From positions 1,367-65,366 of the forward strand of contig JAEEHM010000036.1 in the NCBI GenBank assembly GCA_016280895.1: a stretch of DNA of 64,000 nucleotides, given 5' to 3'. Positions 1-10,207 of this stretch are shown here, piece after piece. Source of the stretch: Bacillota bacterium. Lineage in GTDB: Bacteria > Bacillota_I > Bacilli_A > ML615J-28 > CAG-698. Every line of letters begins with the position of its first letter. Within the stretch, counting starts at the first letter, position 1. A model generated the notes under the pieces. That model ran no database searches and was not told where the DNA came from. It worked only from the letters and a program-made list of their open reading frames with translations. Made by a program: the position numbers and the translations under genes.

Positions 1-1053
1 CCACAAGGTGCAATTACTTTCCAAGAAGATGAGGTTAAAGCACCTTCTGTTAATAAGGATGAATGGAAAGGTATTGCAGTATTTGTTGAACTTGAATTAG
101 ATAATGTACATCCAGTAGTATATGAACTTATTGGAAAAGCAAGAGAACTTGTTCAAGTAACTAAACAAGAAGTATATGCAGTATTAATCGCATCTAAAGA
201 ACAAGTTGAAAAATATAAAGATGAAATCTTATCATATGGTGTAGATAAATTATTCATATATGAAAATGAATTATACAAGAACTTCAATATGGATAGATTC
301 GCATCAGCAATGGAAAACTTTATTGAGACTGAAAAACCATCTGTAGTATTATATGGTGGTACACCACTTGGAAGAAGCTTTGCACCTAAAATTGCAAGTC
401 ATTTCAAGACTGGTTTAACTGCTGACTGTACAAGATTAGGTATGAAAGAAAATACAGACCTTATTCAAGTACGTCCAGCCTTTGGTGGAAACATCATGGC
501 GCAAATCATTTGTACAAACACACGTCCACAAATGGCTACAGTTAGATATAAGATCTTCCAAAAGCCTGCTCAAGGAAAAGCCCATGGAAGTGTAGTATAT
601 AAAGAAACAAAGAATCTAAAATTAGATTCAATGATTAAGCTACTTAATATAATAAGAAAAGAAAGAACTGAAGATATCAGTGAAGCCGATGTAATTGTTG
701 CATGTGGTCGTGCATTTAAATCAGCTGAAGAAATGAGCATCGCATATGAACTTGCTGACCTACTAGGCGGAATCGTTGCTGTATCAAGACCAATGGTTGA
801 AGCTGGTATTAAAGACGCTAAATATCAAATCGGTCTTTCAGGTAAAACTGTAGCTCCAAAACTAATCATCACATTAGGTATTAGTGGTGCTGTTCAATTC
901 GTAGCTGGTATGAGTGGAAGTCAATTAATCATTAGTATCAACAAAGATCCTAATGCATCAATCTTTGATGTATCACATTACGGAATTGTTGATGACGTAT
1001 TTAAAGTAGTACCAGAATTAATCAGATTAATTAAGGAAGCAAAAGGTGAATAA
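1..1053 (+). CDS. etfA: Electron transfer flavoprotein alpha subunit (EtfA/LctC-like), 5' end cut by window edge
   Basis: Frame 1 is open from nt 1 ([12 protein letters not shown]...) and continuous with the listed ORF 289..1053. C-terminal Etf-alpha FAD-binding signatures are present ([44 protein letters not shown]). The first residues PQGAI resemble the tail of a CxxCxxCxxxCP ferredoxin motif. Confidence 0.85.
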   Translation, partial: PQGAITFQEDEVKAPSVNKDEWKGIAVFVELELDNVHPVVYELIGKARELVQVTKQEVYAVLIASKEQVEKYKDEILSYGVDKLFIYENELYKNFNMDRFASAMENFIETEKPSVVLYGGTPLGRSFAPKIASHFKTGLTADCTRLGMKENTDLIQVRPAFGGNIMAQIICTNTRPQMATVRYKIFQKPAQGKAHGSVVYKETKNLKLDSMIKLLNIIRKERTEDISEADVIVACGRAFKSAEEMSIAYELADLLGGIVAVSRPMVEAGIKDAKYQIGLSGKTVAPKLIITLGISGAVQFVAGMSGSQLIISINKDPNASIFDVSHYGIVDDVFKVVPELIRLIKEAKGE

Positions 1054-1054
1054 T

Positions 1055-2452
1055 ATGTATAAGAGAATAGATAATCAAGATATTAAATATTTAAAATCAT
1101 TATTCGAAGAAGGCTATGCTTTATTTGGTTCTGAAATTAGTCAAGATTATGGACACGATGAATTAGGTACAGTTGCTAATATGCCTGATGCATTATTATT
1201 TGTACGTAGTGCTGAAGAAGTATCAAAAGTATTAAAATATGCAAATGAAAAAATAATTCCTGTTACTGTTCGTGGTAGTGGTACTGGACTAGTTGGTGCT
1301 TGTGTTCCTCTAAATGGTGGTATCATGATTGATACAACTAAGATGAATCATTTCTTAGAATTAGATGAAAACAATTTAACTTTAACTGTAGAACCTGGTG
1401 TTCTATTAATGGAAATATATGATTATGTAGAACCAAAAGGATATTTCTATGCACCTGACCCAGGTGAAAAGACAGCAACAATTGGTGGCAATATTTCTAC
1501 TAATGCTGGCGGTATGAGAGCAGTTAAATATGGTACAACAAGAGATTGGGTAAGAGCTGTTGAAGTTGTACTTCCAGATGGTTCAATTGAAACATTTGGT
1601 CGTAAAGTAGTAAAAGATTCTACAGGCTATTCATTAAAGAACCTTGTTATTGGTAGTGAAGGTACACTTTGCGTAATAACTAAAGCTATTTTAAAGCTTA
1701 TTCCAAAACCTACAGAAACAATTAGTTTATTAGTTCCGTTTGAAACTCAAGAACAAGCATTAGATGCAGTACCTGAAATCATCAAATGTCAACTTAATAC
1801 TGTAGCTATCGAATTCTTTGTAAGAAACACAATTCTATTTGCGGAAGAATATTTAGGAAAGAACTTCCCTGATAAATCAGCTGATGCATATATCTTATTA
1901 ACATTCGAAGGAAAAGATAAAGAAGAATTAAAAGCTAACTATGAAGCTGGTGCTGAACTTTGTATCAATAAGCTAGGTGCAATCGATGCTTTACTAGTTG
2001 ATACTGATGAAAGAAAAGAATCAGTATGGAAAGCACGTGGTGCATTCTTAGAAGCTATCAAAGCATCTACTACTCAAATGGATGAATGTGATGTAGTAGT
2101 ACCAAGAAGCGAAGTTGCTAACTACATTAAATTCACATATGATTTAGCTAAGAAATATAATATTAGAATTCCTTCATTTGGACATGCTGGCGATGGTAAT
2201 TTACATATCTATATTTGTAAAGATGAATATGAAGATTCAGTATTCGAAGAAAAGCTTGATAAGATCTTTACTGAAATGTATGCTAAAGCAAAAGAAGTTG
2301 GTGGCTTAGTTTCAGGTGAACATGGTATTGGCTATGCAAAAAAAGAATATATGAAAGACTTACTTGGACCTGTTCAAACAAAATTAATGCGTGAAATTAA
2401 ACGTGCATTTGATCCAAATGATATTTTAAATCCAGGTAAGATCAGTGAATAA
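1055..2452 (+). CDS. FAD-linked oxidase, GlcD / D-lactate dehydrogenase (LctD-like)
   Basis: 468-aa ORF with FAD-binding PCMH-type motifs ([22 protein letters not shown]) and the C-terminal GEHGIGY...DPN.ILNPGK motif. The ATG at 1055 follows AAGGTG; the listed GTG at 1046 is an alternative start. It abuts the etfA stop. Confidence 0.85.
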   Translation: MYKRIDNQDIKYLKSLFEEGYALFGSEISQDYGHDELGTVANMPDALLFVRSAEEVSKVLKYANEKIIPVTVRGSGTGLVGACVPLNGGIMIDTTKMNHFLELDENNLTLTVEPGVLLMEIYDYVEPKGYFYAPDPGEKTATIGGNISTNAGGMRAVKYGTTRDWVRAVEVVLPDGSIETFGRKVVKDSTGYSLKNLVIGSEGTLCVITKAILKLIPKPTETISLLVPFETQEQALDAVPEIIKCQLNTVAIEFFVRNTILFAEEYLGKNFPDKSADAYILLTFEGKDKEELKANYEAGAELCINKLGAIDALLVDTDERKESVWKARGAFLEAIKASTTQMDECDVVVPRSEVANYIKFTYDLAKKYNIRIPSFGHAGDGNLHIYICKDEYEDSVFEEKLDKIFTEMYAKAKEVGGLVSGEHGIGYAKKEYMKDLLGPVQTKLMREIKRAFDPNDILNPGKISE

Positions 2453-2456
2453 AAAA

Positions 2457-2485
2457 AGGTTGCTTAAATTAAGCAACCTTTTTTT
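2457..2485. terminator. Bidirectional intrinsic terminator shared by the convergent lctD-like and ribU genes
   Basis: AGGTTGCTTA-aat-TAAGCAACCT hairpin flanked by an A-run and a T-run. Confidence 0.75.
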
Positions 2486-3257
2486 CATCAGTTTCTTCAT
2501 CTTCTAATTCATCTTTATATATCTTCTTATCAAACAAGTGGAATAAATTAGACATACGTTTATATACTAAATATGTAATAATAGATACACCTAAGCTTAA
2601 TAGCGCATTAAAAGGAAGTGCACCAAATAATACATATCTAATATTATAATTACTTTCATTAACTCCTGGTATCATTTCTAACATTGACACAAACACATTA
2701 ACATTACCACCAAAGAATAATGTAATATATGCAGGTACTAAAATAAAGTAATTAGCAACACATCCAACAACAATCCAAGCCAAAGCTGCAAAAGCTAACG
2801 ATACAAGTGCGCCTTTTCTTGTTTTGTGCTTTACATAAATAATTGAAGATATCAATAATACTGCAGATGATATAATTAAATCAGCAAGTTCTCCTACATA
2901 GAAGGTACCAGAAAACGGAATAACTGCTACTGTTCTAATTAGAATAATAATCATTCCTTCTACTGGGCCTAATAAGAAGCCGCCTAATAATATTGGTAAA
3001 TTAGAAAAGTTGATTTTTAAAAACGACGGAAAGATAGGAAGAGAAAACTTAAGTGTTAAATAGAATATGATAGAAAGTGTCGCAAATATAGCGATACTTG
3101 TCATATGTCTAATCTTTTCTCCTCTTTTCTTCTTCTTAAAGCTTTTAAAGAAATATACAAAACTTAAAACAACAAGACCAACGAAGAACAAAATCATCAT
3201 AATAATCATTATTGTTGTTTTGTTTTCTTTCATAAAATCGGCAAAATTTAAAAACAT
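2469..3257 (-). CDS. ribU: ECF transporter S component, riboflavin-specific (RibU-like)
   Basis: 262-aa polytopic membrane ORF. It lies directly downstream of an FMN riboswitch with AGGAGG 6 nt before the ATG, which sets the substrate assignment. Confidence 0.75.
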   Translation of the reverse strand: MFLNFADFMKENKTTIMIIMMILFFVGLVVLSFVYFFKSFKKKKRGEKIRHMTSIAIFATLSIIFYLTLKFSLPIFPSFLKINFSNLPILLGGFLLGPVEGMIIILIRTVAVIPFSGTFYVGELADLIISSAVLLISSIIYVKHKTRKGALVSLAFAALAWIVVGCVANYFILVPAYITLFFGGNVNVFVSMLEMIPGVNESNYNIRYVLFGALPFNALLSLGVSIITYLVYKRMSNLFHLFDKKIYKDELEDEETDEKKVA

Positions 3258-3269
3258 AGACTACCTCCT

Positions 3270-3462
3270 AAAATAAAAAGTGCCTATATCTTTATATAAG
3301 CACGTTAAAAATTAAGATTATTAATCTTTCATTTTATCTAGACTATACTATCGGTACTGGAATCTAACCAGTTCAGCAAAAGAATATATCTTTAAGATTT
3401 TATCATTTGGTCTCGGACTATACCGCCGGTCGGGAATTTCACCCTGCCCTATAAAGATTCTT
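3270..3462 (-). promoter_or_regulatory. FMN (RFN) riboswitch with terminator expression platform
   Basis: The minus strand reads GAATCTTTATAGGGCAGGGTGAAATTCCCGACCGGCGGTATAGTCCGAGACC...GAACTGGTTAGATTCCAGTACCGATAGTATAGTCTAGATAAAATGAAAGATT, matching the conserved RFN core with P1 AATCTTT/AAAGATT. It is followed by hairpin GTGCTTATAT-AAAG-ATATAGGCAC plus TTTTTATTTT (3270-3303), then the SD and ribU. Confidence 0.9.
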
Positions 3463-3478
3463 TTTATTTACGCATACA

Positions 3479-3507
3479 ATTATACTCTTATCGTTTTTTA
3501 TAGTCAA
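3479..3507 (-). promoter_or_regulatory. Sigma-A type promoter of the FMN riboswitch-ribU unit
   Basis: Minus strand has TTGACT, 17 nt, TATAAT. Confidence 0.7.
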
Positions 3508-3520
3508 GTAATATGTATTA

Positions 3521-3549
3521 AAAAAGAAGGAATTTCTTCCTTCTTTTTT
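3521..3549. terminator. Intrinsic terminator after tpiA
   Basis: AGAAGGAA-tttc-TTCCTTCT hairpin flanked by A and T runs, immediately 3' of the tpiA stop. Confidence 0.75.
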
Positions 3550-3555
3550 AATTTC

Positions 3556-4311
3556 TTATTTTACAGCTGCATTTACTAATACTAAGAAATCATCAGCTTT
3601 AAGTGATGCACCACCGATTAAAGCACCATCGATGTTTTCTTTACTCATTAGTTCATCAATATTAGAAGTTTTAACGCTTCCTCCATATTGAATTCTAATT
3701 TCATCAGCAACTTCTTTGCCATATAATTGAGCAACTTTAGCACGAATAAATCCGCAAGTTTCATCAGCTACATCAGCAGTAGCGGTTTTACCTGTACCGA
3801 TAGCCCAAATTGGCTCATATGCGATAACAAGTTCTTTTACTTGATCAGCTGTTAAACCTTCTAAATCATGTTCTACTTGGTAAGCTAAATGTTCTTCAGT
3901 TTTACCTGATTCTCTTTGTTCTAAAGATTCACCTACACATAAAATAGGTTTTAAATCATGTGCAAATGCTTGTTTTAATTTCTTATTACAAGATTCATCA
4001 GTTTCATTAAACATTGCTCTTCTTTCGCTATGTCCAATAATAACATATGTTACATCTAGAGCCTTTAACATATTAGGAGCGATTTCTCCAGTAAATGCGC
4101 CTTGTTCTTCAAAGTGCATGTTTTGTGCACCAATTCTTAAATTATCGCCTTGTCTTTTAACAAGATCTCTTAAGATTACAAATGGAGCACATATAACGCT
4201 ATCAACCTTGTCGATTGATGGTAATTTTTCAGCAACTGCATAGATGAATTGTAAAGCTTCATCTCTAGTTTTATACATTTTCCAGTTGCCGGCAATAATT
4301 GGTTTTCTCAT
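3556..4311 (-). CDS. tpiA: Triosephosphate isomerase
   Basis: [12 protein letters not shown]..., [22 protein letters not shown] and GGASL motifs. Confidence 0.97.
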   Translation of the reverse strand: MRKPIIAGNWKMYKTRDEALQFIYAVAEKLPSIDKVDSVICAPFVILRDLVKRQGDNLRIGAQNMHFEEQGAFTGEIAPNMLKALDVTYVIIGHSERRAMFNETDESCNKKLKQAFAHDLKPILCVGESLEQRESGKTEEHLAYQVEHDLEGLTADQVKELVIAYEPIWAIGTGKTATADVADETCGFIRAKVAQLYGKEVADEIRIQYGGSVKTSNIDELMSKENIDGALIGGASLKADDFLVLVNAAVK

Positions 4312-4323
4312 AATTTTTATCCT

Positions 4324-4566
4324 CTATTTAATTAATTCCTTTAAAGCTTCAATAGCTTCTTTTGCATCTTTTCCTTTTGCTTCAATATCAATTGCTGCAC
4401 CTTCTAATACAGCAAGAGACATAATTCCAAGAATAGACTTCAAATCTACTTCTTTTCCTTCATAGCTTAAAACCATATCAGCTTCAAAATCTGATGCTCT
4501 TTGAACGATCTTTTGAGCCATCTTAGCATCAATTCCTGATGTGTTTTCGATATGTAATTTAAACAT
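4324..4566 (-). CDS. HPr-family phosphocarrier-like protein lacking the PTS histidine (Crh-like)
   Basis: 80 aa aligning by eye to HPr. NTSGIDAKMA corresponds to xxSGIHARPA (His15->Asp, Arg17->Lys). KSILGIMSL corresponds to KSIMGVMSL, so the Ser46 site is retained. Confidence 0.7.
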   Translation of the reverse strand: MFKLHIENTSGIDAKMAQKIVQRASDFEADMVLSYEGKEVDLKSILGIMSLAVLEGAAIDIEAKGKDAKEAIEALKELIK

Positions 4567-4591
4567 TATTTTCTCCTCCTCTTTTTATTTT

Positions 4592-5794
4592 TTATTTATC
4601 ATTAATACAAGCAACACCTGGTAATACTTTACCTTCTAAGTATTCTAAGCTAGCCCCACCACCAGTTGAGATATGAGTGAATTTCTTTTCATAACCTAAC
4701 TTAATAGCAGCAGATGCAGAATCACCACCACCAATAATAGTAGTAGCACCTTTTAACTCAGATAATACCTTGCAGATTTCGTTTGTACCTTTTGCGAATG
4801 CTTCAACTTCGAATACACCAGCAGGTCCATTCCATACAACAGTCTTAGCACCATCTAATTCTTTAGCAAATAATTTAATTGTTTCAGGACCAACATCAAG
4901 ACCCATCATATCAGCAGGAATAGCATTAGATGCTACTGTAGCAGTCTTAACTTCTACACCATCTTCTGGGAACTTATCAGCTACAACTGTATCACATGGA
5001 AGAACGATCTTACCATTAGCTTTAGCAAGTAAGCCTTTTGCGAATTCTACGAAATCATCTTCACATTTAGAAGTTCCAACTTCCCAACCTTGTGCTTTAT
5101 AGAATGTATATGCCATAGCACCACAAATTAAAATCTTATCAGCCTTATTTAATAAGTTTTCAATAACAGAAATCTTATCAGATACTTTAGCACCACCTAA
5201 GATAGCAACAAATGGTCTAACTGGATTATCTACAGCATCACCAATAAACTTAATTTCTTTTTCCATTAAGAATCCGGCAACAGCTTCGCCCTTAATATTA
5301 GATGCAATACCTACATTTGAAGCATGTGCTCTATGAGCTGTACCAAATGCATCATTTACAAATACATCACCTAAAGATGCCCAGTAAGCACCAAGTTCAG
5401 GATTATTTCCACTTTCCTTCTTGCCTTCTACATCTTCAAATCTTGTATTTTCAAACATAACAACTTCTTTTTCTTTCATGTTGTTGATTGCATCTTCTAA
5501 TTCTTTACCACGAGTAGCAGCAACGAATTTGACTTTTTGACCTAATAATTCTTCTAATCTCTTTGCAACAGGAGCTAAAGAATTGTTTGCTTTATCTTCT
5601 TCTGTTTTAACACGTCCTAAGTGAGAGAATAATATAACTTTCGCATTATTGTCAATTGCATACTTAATAGTAGGTAATGCTTGAACAATACGGTTATCGT
5701 TAGTAATTACACCATTCTTCATAGGAACATTGAAATCAACACGGATTAAAACTTTCTTTCCCTCTAACTTAACATCTTTAATAGTCTTTTTCAT
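4592..5794 (-). CDS. pgk: Phosphoglycerate kinase
   Basis: RVDFNVP, AHRAHAS and STGGGASLE motifs in 400 aa. AAAGGAGG SD. Confidence 0.97.
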   Translation of the reverse strand: MKKTIKDVKLEGKKVLIRVDFNVPMKNGVITNDNRIVQALPTIKYAIDNNAKVILFSHLGRVKTEEDKANNSLAPVAKRLEELLGQKVKFVAATRGKELEDAINNMKEKEVVMFENTRFEDVEGKKESGNNPELGAYWASLGDVFVNDAFGTAHRAHASNVGIASNIKGEAVAGFLMEKEIKFIGDAVDNPVRPFVAILGGAKVSDKISVIENLLNKADKILICGAMAYTFYKAQGWEVGTSKCEDDFVEFAKGLLAKANGKIVLPCDTVVADKFPEDGVEVKTATVASNAIPADMMGLDVGPETIKLFAKELDGAKTVVWNGPAGVFEVEAFAKGTNEICKVLSELKGATTIIGGGDSASAAIKLGYEKKFTHISTGGGASLEYLEGKVLPGVACINDK

Positions 5795-5833
5795 ATAATA
5801 TAGCCTCCTTTAGACTTTTTTATTTACTATAAT

Positions 5834-5844
5834 ATTATACCACA
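5834..5844 (-). promoter_or_regulatory. Extended -10 promoter of the pgk / HPr-like / tpiA operon
   Basis: Minus strand TGTGGTATAAT (TRTGnTATAAT), about 40 nt upstream of the pgk ATG. Confidence 0.6.
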
Positions 5845-5900
5845 AATATTTTTAAAATGTGCTTATATGTATACATTTTCACTAAAATAAAAATAAGCAT

Positions 5901-5932
5901 AAAAATAGAGTTGGCAATCCAACTCTATTTTA
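5901..5932. terminator. Intrinsic terminator after the MsmX-like gene
   Basis: AATAGAGTTGG-caat-CCAACTCTATT hairpin with flanking A/T runs. Confidence 0.7.
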
Positions 5933-5936
5933 TTTA

Positions 5937-7055
5937 TTATCTTACGATTCTTAAATCAGTGTTTGGATCGAAGAAATGGCACTTATTCATATCGAATGTT
6001 AATTCGATTTCATCACGCATATGAACATCTACACGTGCATTAACTTTAGCAACAAGTGGTTGGCCACTCATAGTTACATAAATTAAAGTTTCAGAACCTA
6101 ATAGCTCAGATACATCAACAGTTAATTTAACCTTAGCTTCTGGATATGTGTTAGAAACAACATTTTCATCATGTACATCTTCTGGTCTGATACCTAAGAT
6201 GATATCTTTTTCAACATAATGTTGTTCTTCAAGCATCTTAAACTTATTTGCTGGAATCTTAATCTTATGTTCGCCAACTTTATGATCTCCACAAATGAAG
6301 TATCCATCTTCAGTAATCTTTCCTTCAATAAAGTTCATTGGAGGTGTACCAATGAATCCACCAACGAATTTGTTGTTAGGGTAATCATAGATATCTTTTG
6401 GAGTACCGATTTGTTGAATTAAACCATCTTTCATAACTACGATTCTAGATGCCATTGTCATGGCTTCAGTTTGGTCATGGGTAACGTAAATAGTAGTAAT
6501 ACCTAATCTTTCAGTGATCTTAATGATTTCTGTTCTCATTTGTACACGTAGTTTAGCATCTAGGTTAGATAGTGGTTCGTCCATCAAGAATACCTTAGCA
6601 TCACGTACGATAGCTCTACCTAAAGCAACACGTTGTCTTTGACCACCTGATAAAGCCTTAGGACGACGTTGTAATAATGCCTTTAAACCTAAGATATCAG
6701 CAGCATTTTGAACACGACGGTCAATTTCATCACGTCCAAATTTACGTAATTTTAAACCGAATGCCATGTTATCATAAACAGTCATATGTGGATATAATGC
6801 GTAGCTTTGGAAAACCATTGCGATGTTTCTATCTTTTGGTGCTACGTCATTAACGATTTCATCATCAATTCTAAGTTCACCAGATGTAATGTCTTCAAGA
6901 CCAGCAATCATTCTTAATGTAGTAGTTTTACCACATCCAGATGGTCCTACGAAAACGATAAATTCACGGTCTTTTACATGTAAGTTGAAGTCAACAACAG
7001 CATGAACATTGCCATCATAAACTTTATTAACATTTTTAAGTGTTACAGTTGCCAT
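5937..7055 (-). CDS. Carbohydrate ABC transporter ATP-binding protein (MalK/MsmK/MsmX/UgpC type), orphan
   Basis: GPSGCGKTT Walker A, LSGGQRQRVA signature, FLMDEPLSNLD Walker B, and a C-terminal MalK-like regulatory domain. No permease or binding-protein genes are adjacent. Confidence 0.9.
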   Translation of the reverse strand: MATVTLKNVNKVYDGNVHAVVDFNLHVKDREFIVFVGPSGCGKTTTLRMIAGLEDITSGELRIDDEIVNDVAPKDRNIAMVFQSYALYPHMTVYDNMAFGLKLRKFGRDEIDRRVQNAADILGLKALLQRRPKALSGGQRQRVALGRAIVRDAKVFLMDEPLSNLDAKLRVQMRTEIIKITERLGITTIYVTHDQTEAMTMASRIVVMKDGLIQQIGTPKDIYDYPNNKFVGGFIGTPPMNFIEGKITEDGYFICGDHKVGEHKIKIPANKFKMLEEQHYVEKDIILGIRPEDVHDENVVSNTYPEAKVKLTVDVSELLGSETLIYVTMSGQPLVAKVNARVDVHMRDEIELTFDMNKCHFFDPNTDLRIVR

Positions 7056-7098
7056 AAAATTCCTCCTTGTTTATGCAATTTTGTATTTCACAATGAAT

Positions 7099-7109
7099 AT
7101 TTTACCATA
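7099..7109 (-). promoter_or_regulatory. Extended -10 promoter of the MsmX-like gene
   Basis: Minus strand TATGGTAAAAT. Confidence 0.5.
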
Positions 7110-7133
7110 TCTTCGTTCAATATACAATTAAAT

Positions 7134-7161
7134 AAAAAAAGATTGTGCAACTTGCACAATC
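7134..7161 (-). terminator. Intrinsic terminator of the PucR-like gene
   Basis: GATTGTGC-aactt-GCACAATC hairpin with a U-run on the minus strand. Confidence 0.7.
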
Positions 7162-7750
7162 AATTCTTATATGTCATAAACAAATATAAAATAAAAGCAT
7201 CTTGAAAGTTTTGAATATTCAATCCCGTTTTATTTTTTATGATATTCAATTTATTAATAGCAGTATTACGATGCATATATGCATCATTTGCACTCTTACT
7301 AACATTTAAATTATTTTTATACATTGCTTTTGCGATAGTAAATGAGTCATTTTCTTCTTTCATTATGTTTACAACAATGTTTCTTATTATATATAAATCC
7401 TTAGATCTAGCATCTTTTTCAAAGATGTTCATACAAAGACTTGACATATTCATATATTCCTTTGACACATACTTCTTATATAAATCAAAGATTACATCAA
7501 ATAAGCTTTCTTCATCATCTTTAAAAACGCAAGATTCAAATATTTTAACATCTTCATTAAAATCTACTTTGATCAAATCAACTAATGATGCTAGTTCATA
7601 ATCTTTATTTATCTTTAAAGCGTCAAGTTGATATATCAAATATCCATCTTTTTCAAATCTATTACTTGAAAATAGATCATCAAAAAAAGAAAGAAGATTT
7701 TTATTATTCATATTAAATTTTAAAACAACATATTTTGTCTCTTTATTCAT
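7160..7750 (-). CDS. PucR/CdaR-type C-terminal HTH regulator-like protein
   Basis: The C-terminus NDAYMHRNTAINKLNIIKNKTGLNIQNFQDAFILYL resembles the PucR HTH (LHVHRNTLRYRL..I...TG.D). Start is set at MNKETKY (7750) because the listed N-terminal 18 codons overlap the upstream gene's terminator hairpin. Confidence 0.55.
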   Translation of the reverse strand: MNKETKYVVLKFNMNNKNLLSFFDDLFSSNRFEKDGYLIYQLDALKINKDYELASLVDLIKVDFNEDVKIFESCVFKDDEESLFDVIFDLYKKYVSKEYMNMSSLCMNIFEKDARSKDLYIIRNIVVNIMKEENDSFTIAKAMYKNNLNVSKSANDAYMHRNTAINKLNIIKNKTGLNIQNFQDAFILYLFMTYKN

Positions 7751-7790
7751 AATAATATCCTTGCCTTTATTATTATAACAAAAACTAAAT

Positions 7791-7822
7791 AAAAATACAA
7801 GCAAGGATAATCTTGCTTGTAT
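7791..7822 (-). terminator. Intrinsic terminator of the 764-aa lipoprotein gene
   Basis: ATACAAGCAAG-gataat-CTTGCTTGTAT hairpin with a U-run on the minus strand. Confidence 0.75.
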
Positions 7823-7828
7823 TAATAA

Positions 7829-10123
7829 TTAATTAAATGATGTTGAATAAGTACCTTCATAACGAGGTATTTCATTTTCATTAGCATAAGCTGTAGTTAA
7901 AGAGTCTGCACTTACACCAACTAATCTCTTAGAGAATTCATTATCAACAGCATGTAAGCTTTGTGTATCTTCATAGAAATTATATCTAGCATCAAGTAAT
8001 ATAGCTTCATTATATCCACTGATAGCAGTATTGCTAGCATCATATTTTCTATTTGCGATATATCCAGCTTGGAAATCATAGAAATCGAAGTGATTATAAT
8101 TTACAGTTGCAGACCATGTAGATGTATTAGTAACATTATTAGTTGCAATGATAACACCTCTAAATCCATTAGTAAATAAGTTATAATCAACATGAATTTC
8201 AGCACTTGCACCCATATATCCACTAATTGATATCTTAGATGAACTTACATATTGCCATGTCTTACCATTGAAGTAGTTATTTAAAATATTAATTGTAGTA
8301 GCTTCTTTAGCATATCCTTTAATTTCGATATCATGAGTTTGAGATGATGTTAAAGTGTTATTGATAAATTCAATCTTACCATTAATACCATATCCATTAG
8401 CACTCAAAGCAGTTCCATTGAAATCTCCACCTAAATCAAAGATCTTATCAGCTTCATCAGCAGAACTACACATAAAGAACTTATTATTGTTAACAAGTAA
8501 GTTCTTAATATTAGATCCTCTAAAGAAGATAGTACTATCACTTGAATTAGATACACCATTAATACTATTATTCATTAATAAGATGTTCTCATTTACAAGA
8601 TCCTTATTAGTAGCTAAATCAATGATAACTAATGATGTTAATTTACTATCAGCTGATGAATAATTGTTCACAAATGAGAAATTCTTAAATGTAGCAGTAG
8701 GATCCTTCACAATACTAGCTGTTGCACCGAGTGCAATACCATTGATTTCAATACCTTCTAGATTGCCAGTATATTTAATAGTACCTAGTAAGTATGCTTC
8801 ATTTTCTCTAGTTTTAGTTGTATCTAATGGATTAATATCCTTATTAGGTCCATATATCTTAACATTGTTGTGGCTGATATTTAATTCACCATCAATATCT
8901 CCTTCTTTGAAATAAATGACAGTGTCTTCTTTAATTTCAGCATCTACATTTTCTAAGCTTCTAAATAAGTTATAGCTTTCCACGAAATCAAATCCTAAAT
9001 AAGTTGTTGAATCAAACTTTAATCCTTCAAAATAAGGGTCAATTAAAATAACATTATTATTAGGTCTTTCTGGAGCCTTCTTAACTTCAAATAAAACAGA
9101 CATAGATTTAGTTGAATCACTTACAGATGTAGCAGTAATAAATACTTGACCATCTTTTAAACCTGTAACTAAACCATCTTCACTAACACTTGCAATTGTT
9201 GCATCACTTGTTGACCATACAACTTCTTGAGGAGCAAGAGCTGGAGTGATACTTGCACTTAATTGTGTGCTTGAACTTACAAATACACCATTTTCATCAC
9301 CAGATATAGCAACAGATTGAACATGAGGTGTGATAACTTTAACTAAGTAATTGCATAAAACAGTATCTTTTGTTAATGCTTTAGCAACAATATTAACTTC
9401 ACCAACTTTTAAACCAGTAACTAAACCATCAACTGTAACTGTTGCAATACTTTCATCAGCGCTTGACCATGTAACAGCTTGTACTGCATATTTAGGATTA
9501 ATCTTTGCAGATAGTTGAATACTTTCTTCAAGTTCAACTTCATCTTCACCACTAACTACAACTTCTTCAGGATCTGGAAGTTTAACATTAATAGTATATG
9601 AATCAGTCTTTGAACTATCTTTTACTGCACTAGTTGTGATTGTTGTTTGGCCTGCACTTAAAGCTGTTACCAAACCATTCTCATCAACTGTTGCAACATC
9701 AGTATTACTAGATGCATATGTTGCTTTTTGATCAGCATTTCTAGGTAAAATGCTTGCACTAAATTGATATGTGTTACCAGCAATGTAATAATCTAAATCT
9801 TCTTCAGCTTTTAACACAATGCTTGTTGGCATTTGTTCACTTACAACTACTAAGATACTTGCTTCCTTATCTTTAATAGTAGCCTTAACAGTGGCTTCAC
9901 CAATTCCAACAGCAGTAACTTTACCATTTTCTACTGTACAAACAAGTTCATTACTAGATGTCCAAACAACATCTCCTTTACCTTTCACAATAGCACTAAT
10001 TTCTGCTGTTGTGCCTTTTTTCATTTCCAATGTACTTTCTTCAATTGTAATTGAAGTACATCCTAATAATACTAAAGACATAACAAACAAAAACAAAAGT
10101 AAAAATAAATTGTTTCTTTTCAT
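7829..10123 (-). CDS. Surface lipoprotein with about 4-5 Big_2 (bacterial Ig-like) repeats and a C-terminal parallel beta-helix-like domain
   Basis: Signal peptide with lipobox LVLLGC. Repeated ...VTAVGIGEATVKA / VTALSAGQTTITT / VTGLKVGEVNIVA / VTGLKDGQVFITA Big_2 signatures. The C-terminal half has Asn/Gly-rich repeats (NNxF..N) typical of right-handed beta-helix proteins. Confidence 0.7.
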   Translation of the reverse strand: MKRNNLFLLLFLFVMSLVLLGCTSITIEESTLEMKKGTTAEISAIVKGKGDVVWTSSNELVCTVENGKVTAVGIGEATVKATIKDKEASILVVVSEQMPTSIVLKAEEDLDYYIAGNTYQFSASILPRNADQKATYASSNTDVATVDENGLVTALSAGQTTITTSAVKDSSKTDSYTINVKLPDPEEVVVSGEDEVELEESIQLSAKINPKYAVQAVTWSSADESIATVTVDGLVTGLKVGEVNIVAKALTKDTVLCNYLVKVITPHVQSVAISGDENGVFVSSSTQLSASITPALAPQEVVWSTSDATIASVSEDGLVTGLKDGQVFITATSVSDSTKSMSVLFEVKKAPERPNNNVILIDPYFEGLKFDSTTYLGFDFVESYNLFRSLENVDAEIKEDTVIYFKEGDIDGELNISHNNVKIYGPNKDINPLDTTKTRENEAYLLGTIKYTGNLEGIEINGIALGATASIVKDPTATFKNFSFVNNYSSADSKLTSLVIIDLATNKDLVNENILLMNNSINGVSNSSDSTIFFRGSNIKNLLVNNNKFFMCSSADEADKIFDLGGDFNGTALSANGYGINGKIEFINNTLTSSQTHDIEIKGYAKEATTINILNNYFNGKTWQYVSSSKISISGYMGASAEIHVDYNLFTNGFRGVIIATNNVTNTSTWSATVNYNHFDFYDFQAGYIANRKYDASNTAISGYNEAILLDARYNFYEDTQSLHAVDNEFSKRLVGVSADSLTTAYANENEIPRYEGTYSTSFN

Positions 10124-10207
10124 TTCATTATAAAATTAGTCGTATATTCTCCGTTGGTAAGCGACTAATTATTCTCCTTCTCCAAATTTTTACCAACTTA
10201 TAATCTT
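10124..10207 (-). promoter_or_regulatory. Structured 5' leader of the 764-aa lipoprotein gene (candidate cis-regulator)
   Basis: The minus-strand leader carries two interleaved helices, GTTGGTAA/TTACCAAC and TTAGTCG/CGACTAA, followed by TTTTAT. GGAGAAGGAGAA sits in a loop, and there is no SD next to the ATG. Confidence 0.35.

Noticed and set aside
7751-7804. N-terminal extensions of several listed ORFs: 7160-7804, 27333-27923, 27893-28747, 32344-32886, 50123-50860, 56075-56878, 56862-57833, 59326-59754 and 61913-63307
   Set aside because: The upstream Met or alternative starts lack SD sequences or overlap terminators, promoters or neighbouring genes. Internal ATGs with AGGAGG-type SDs at 5-9 nt were preferred.
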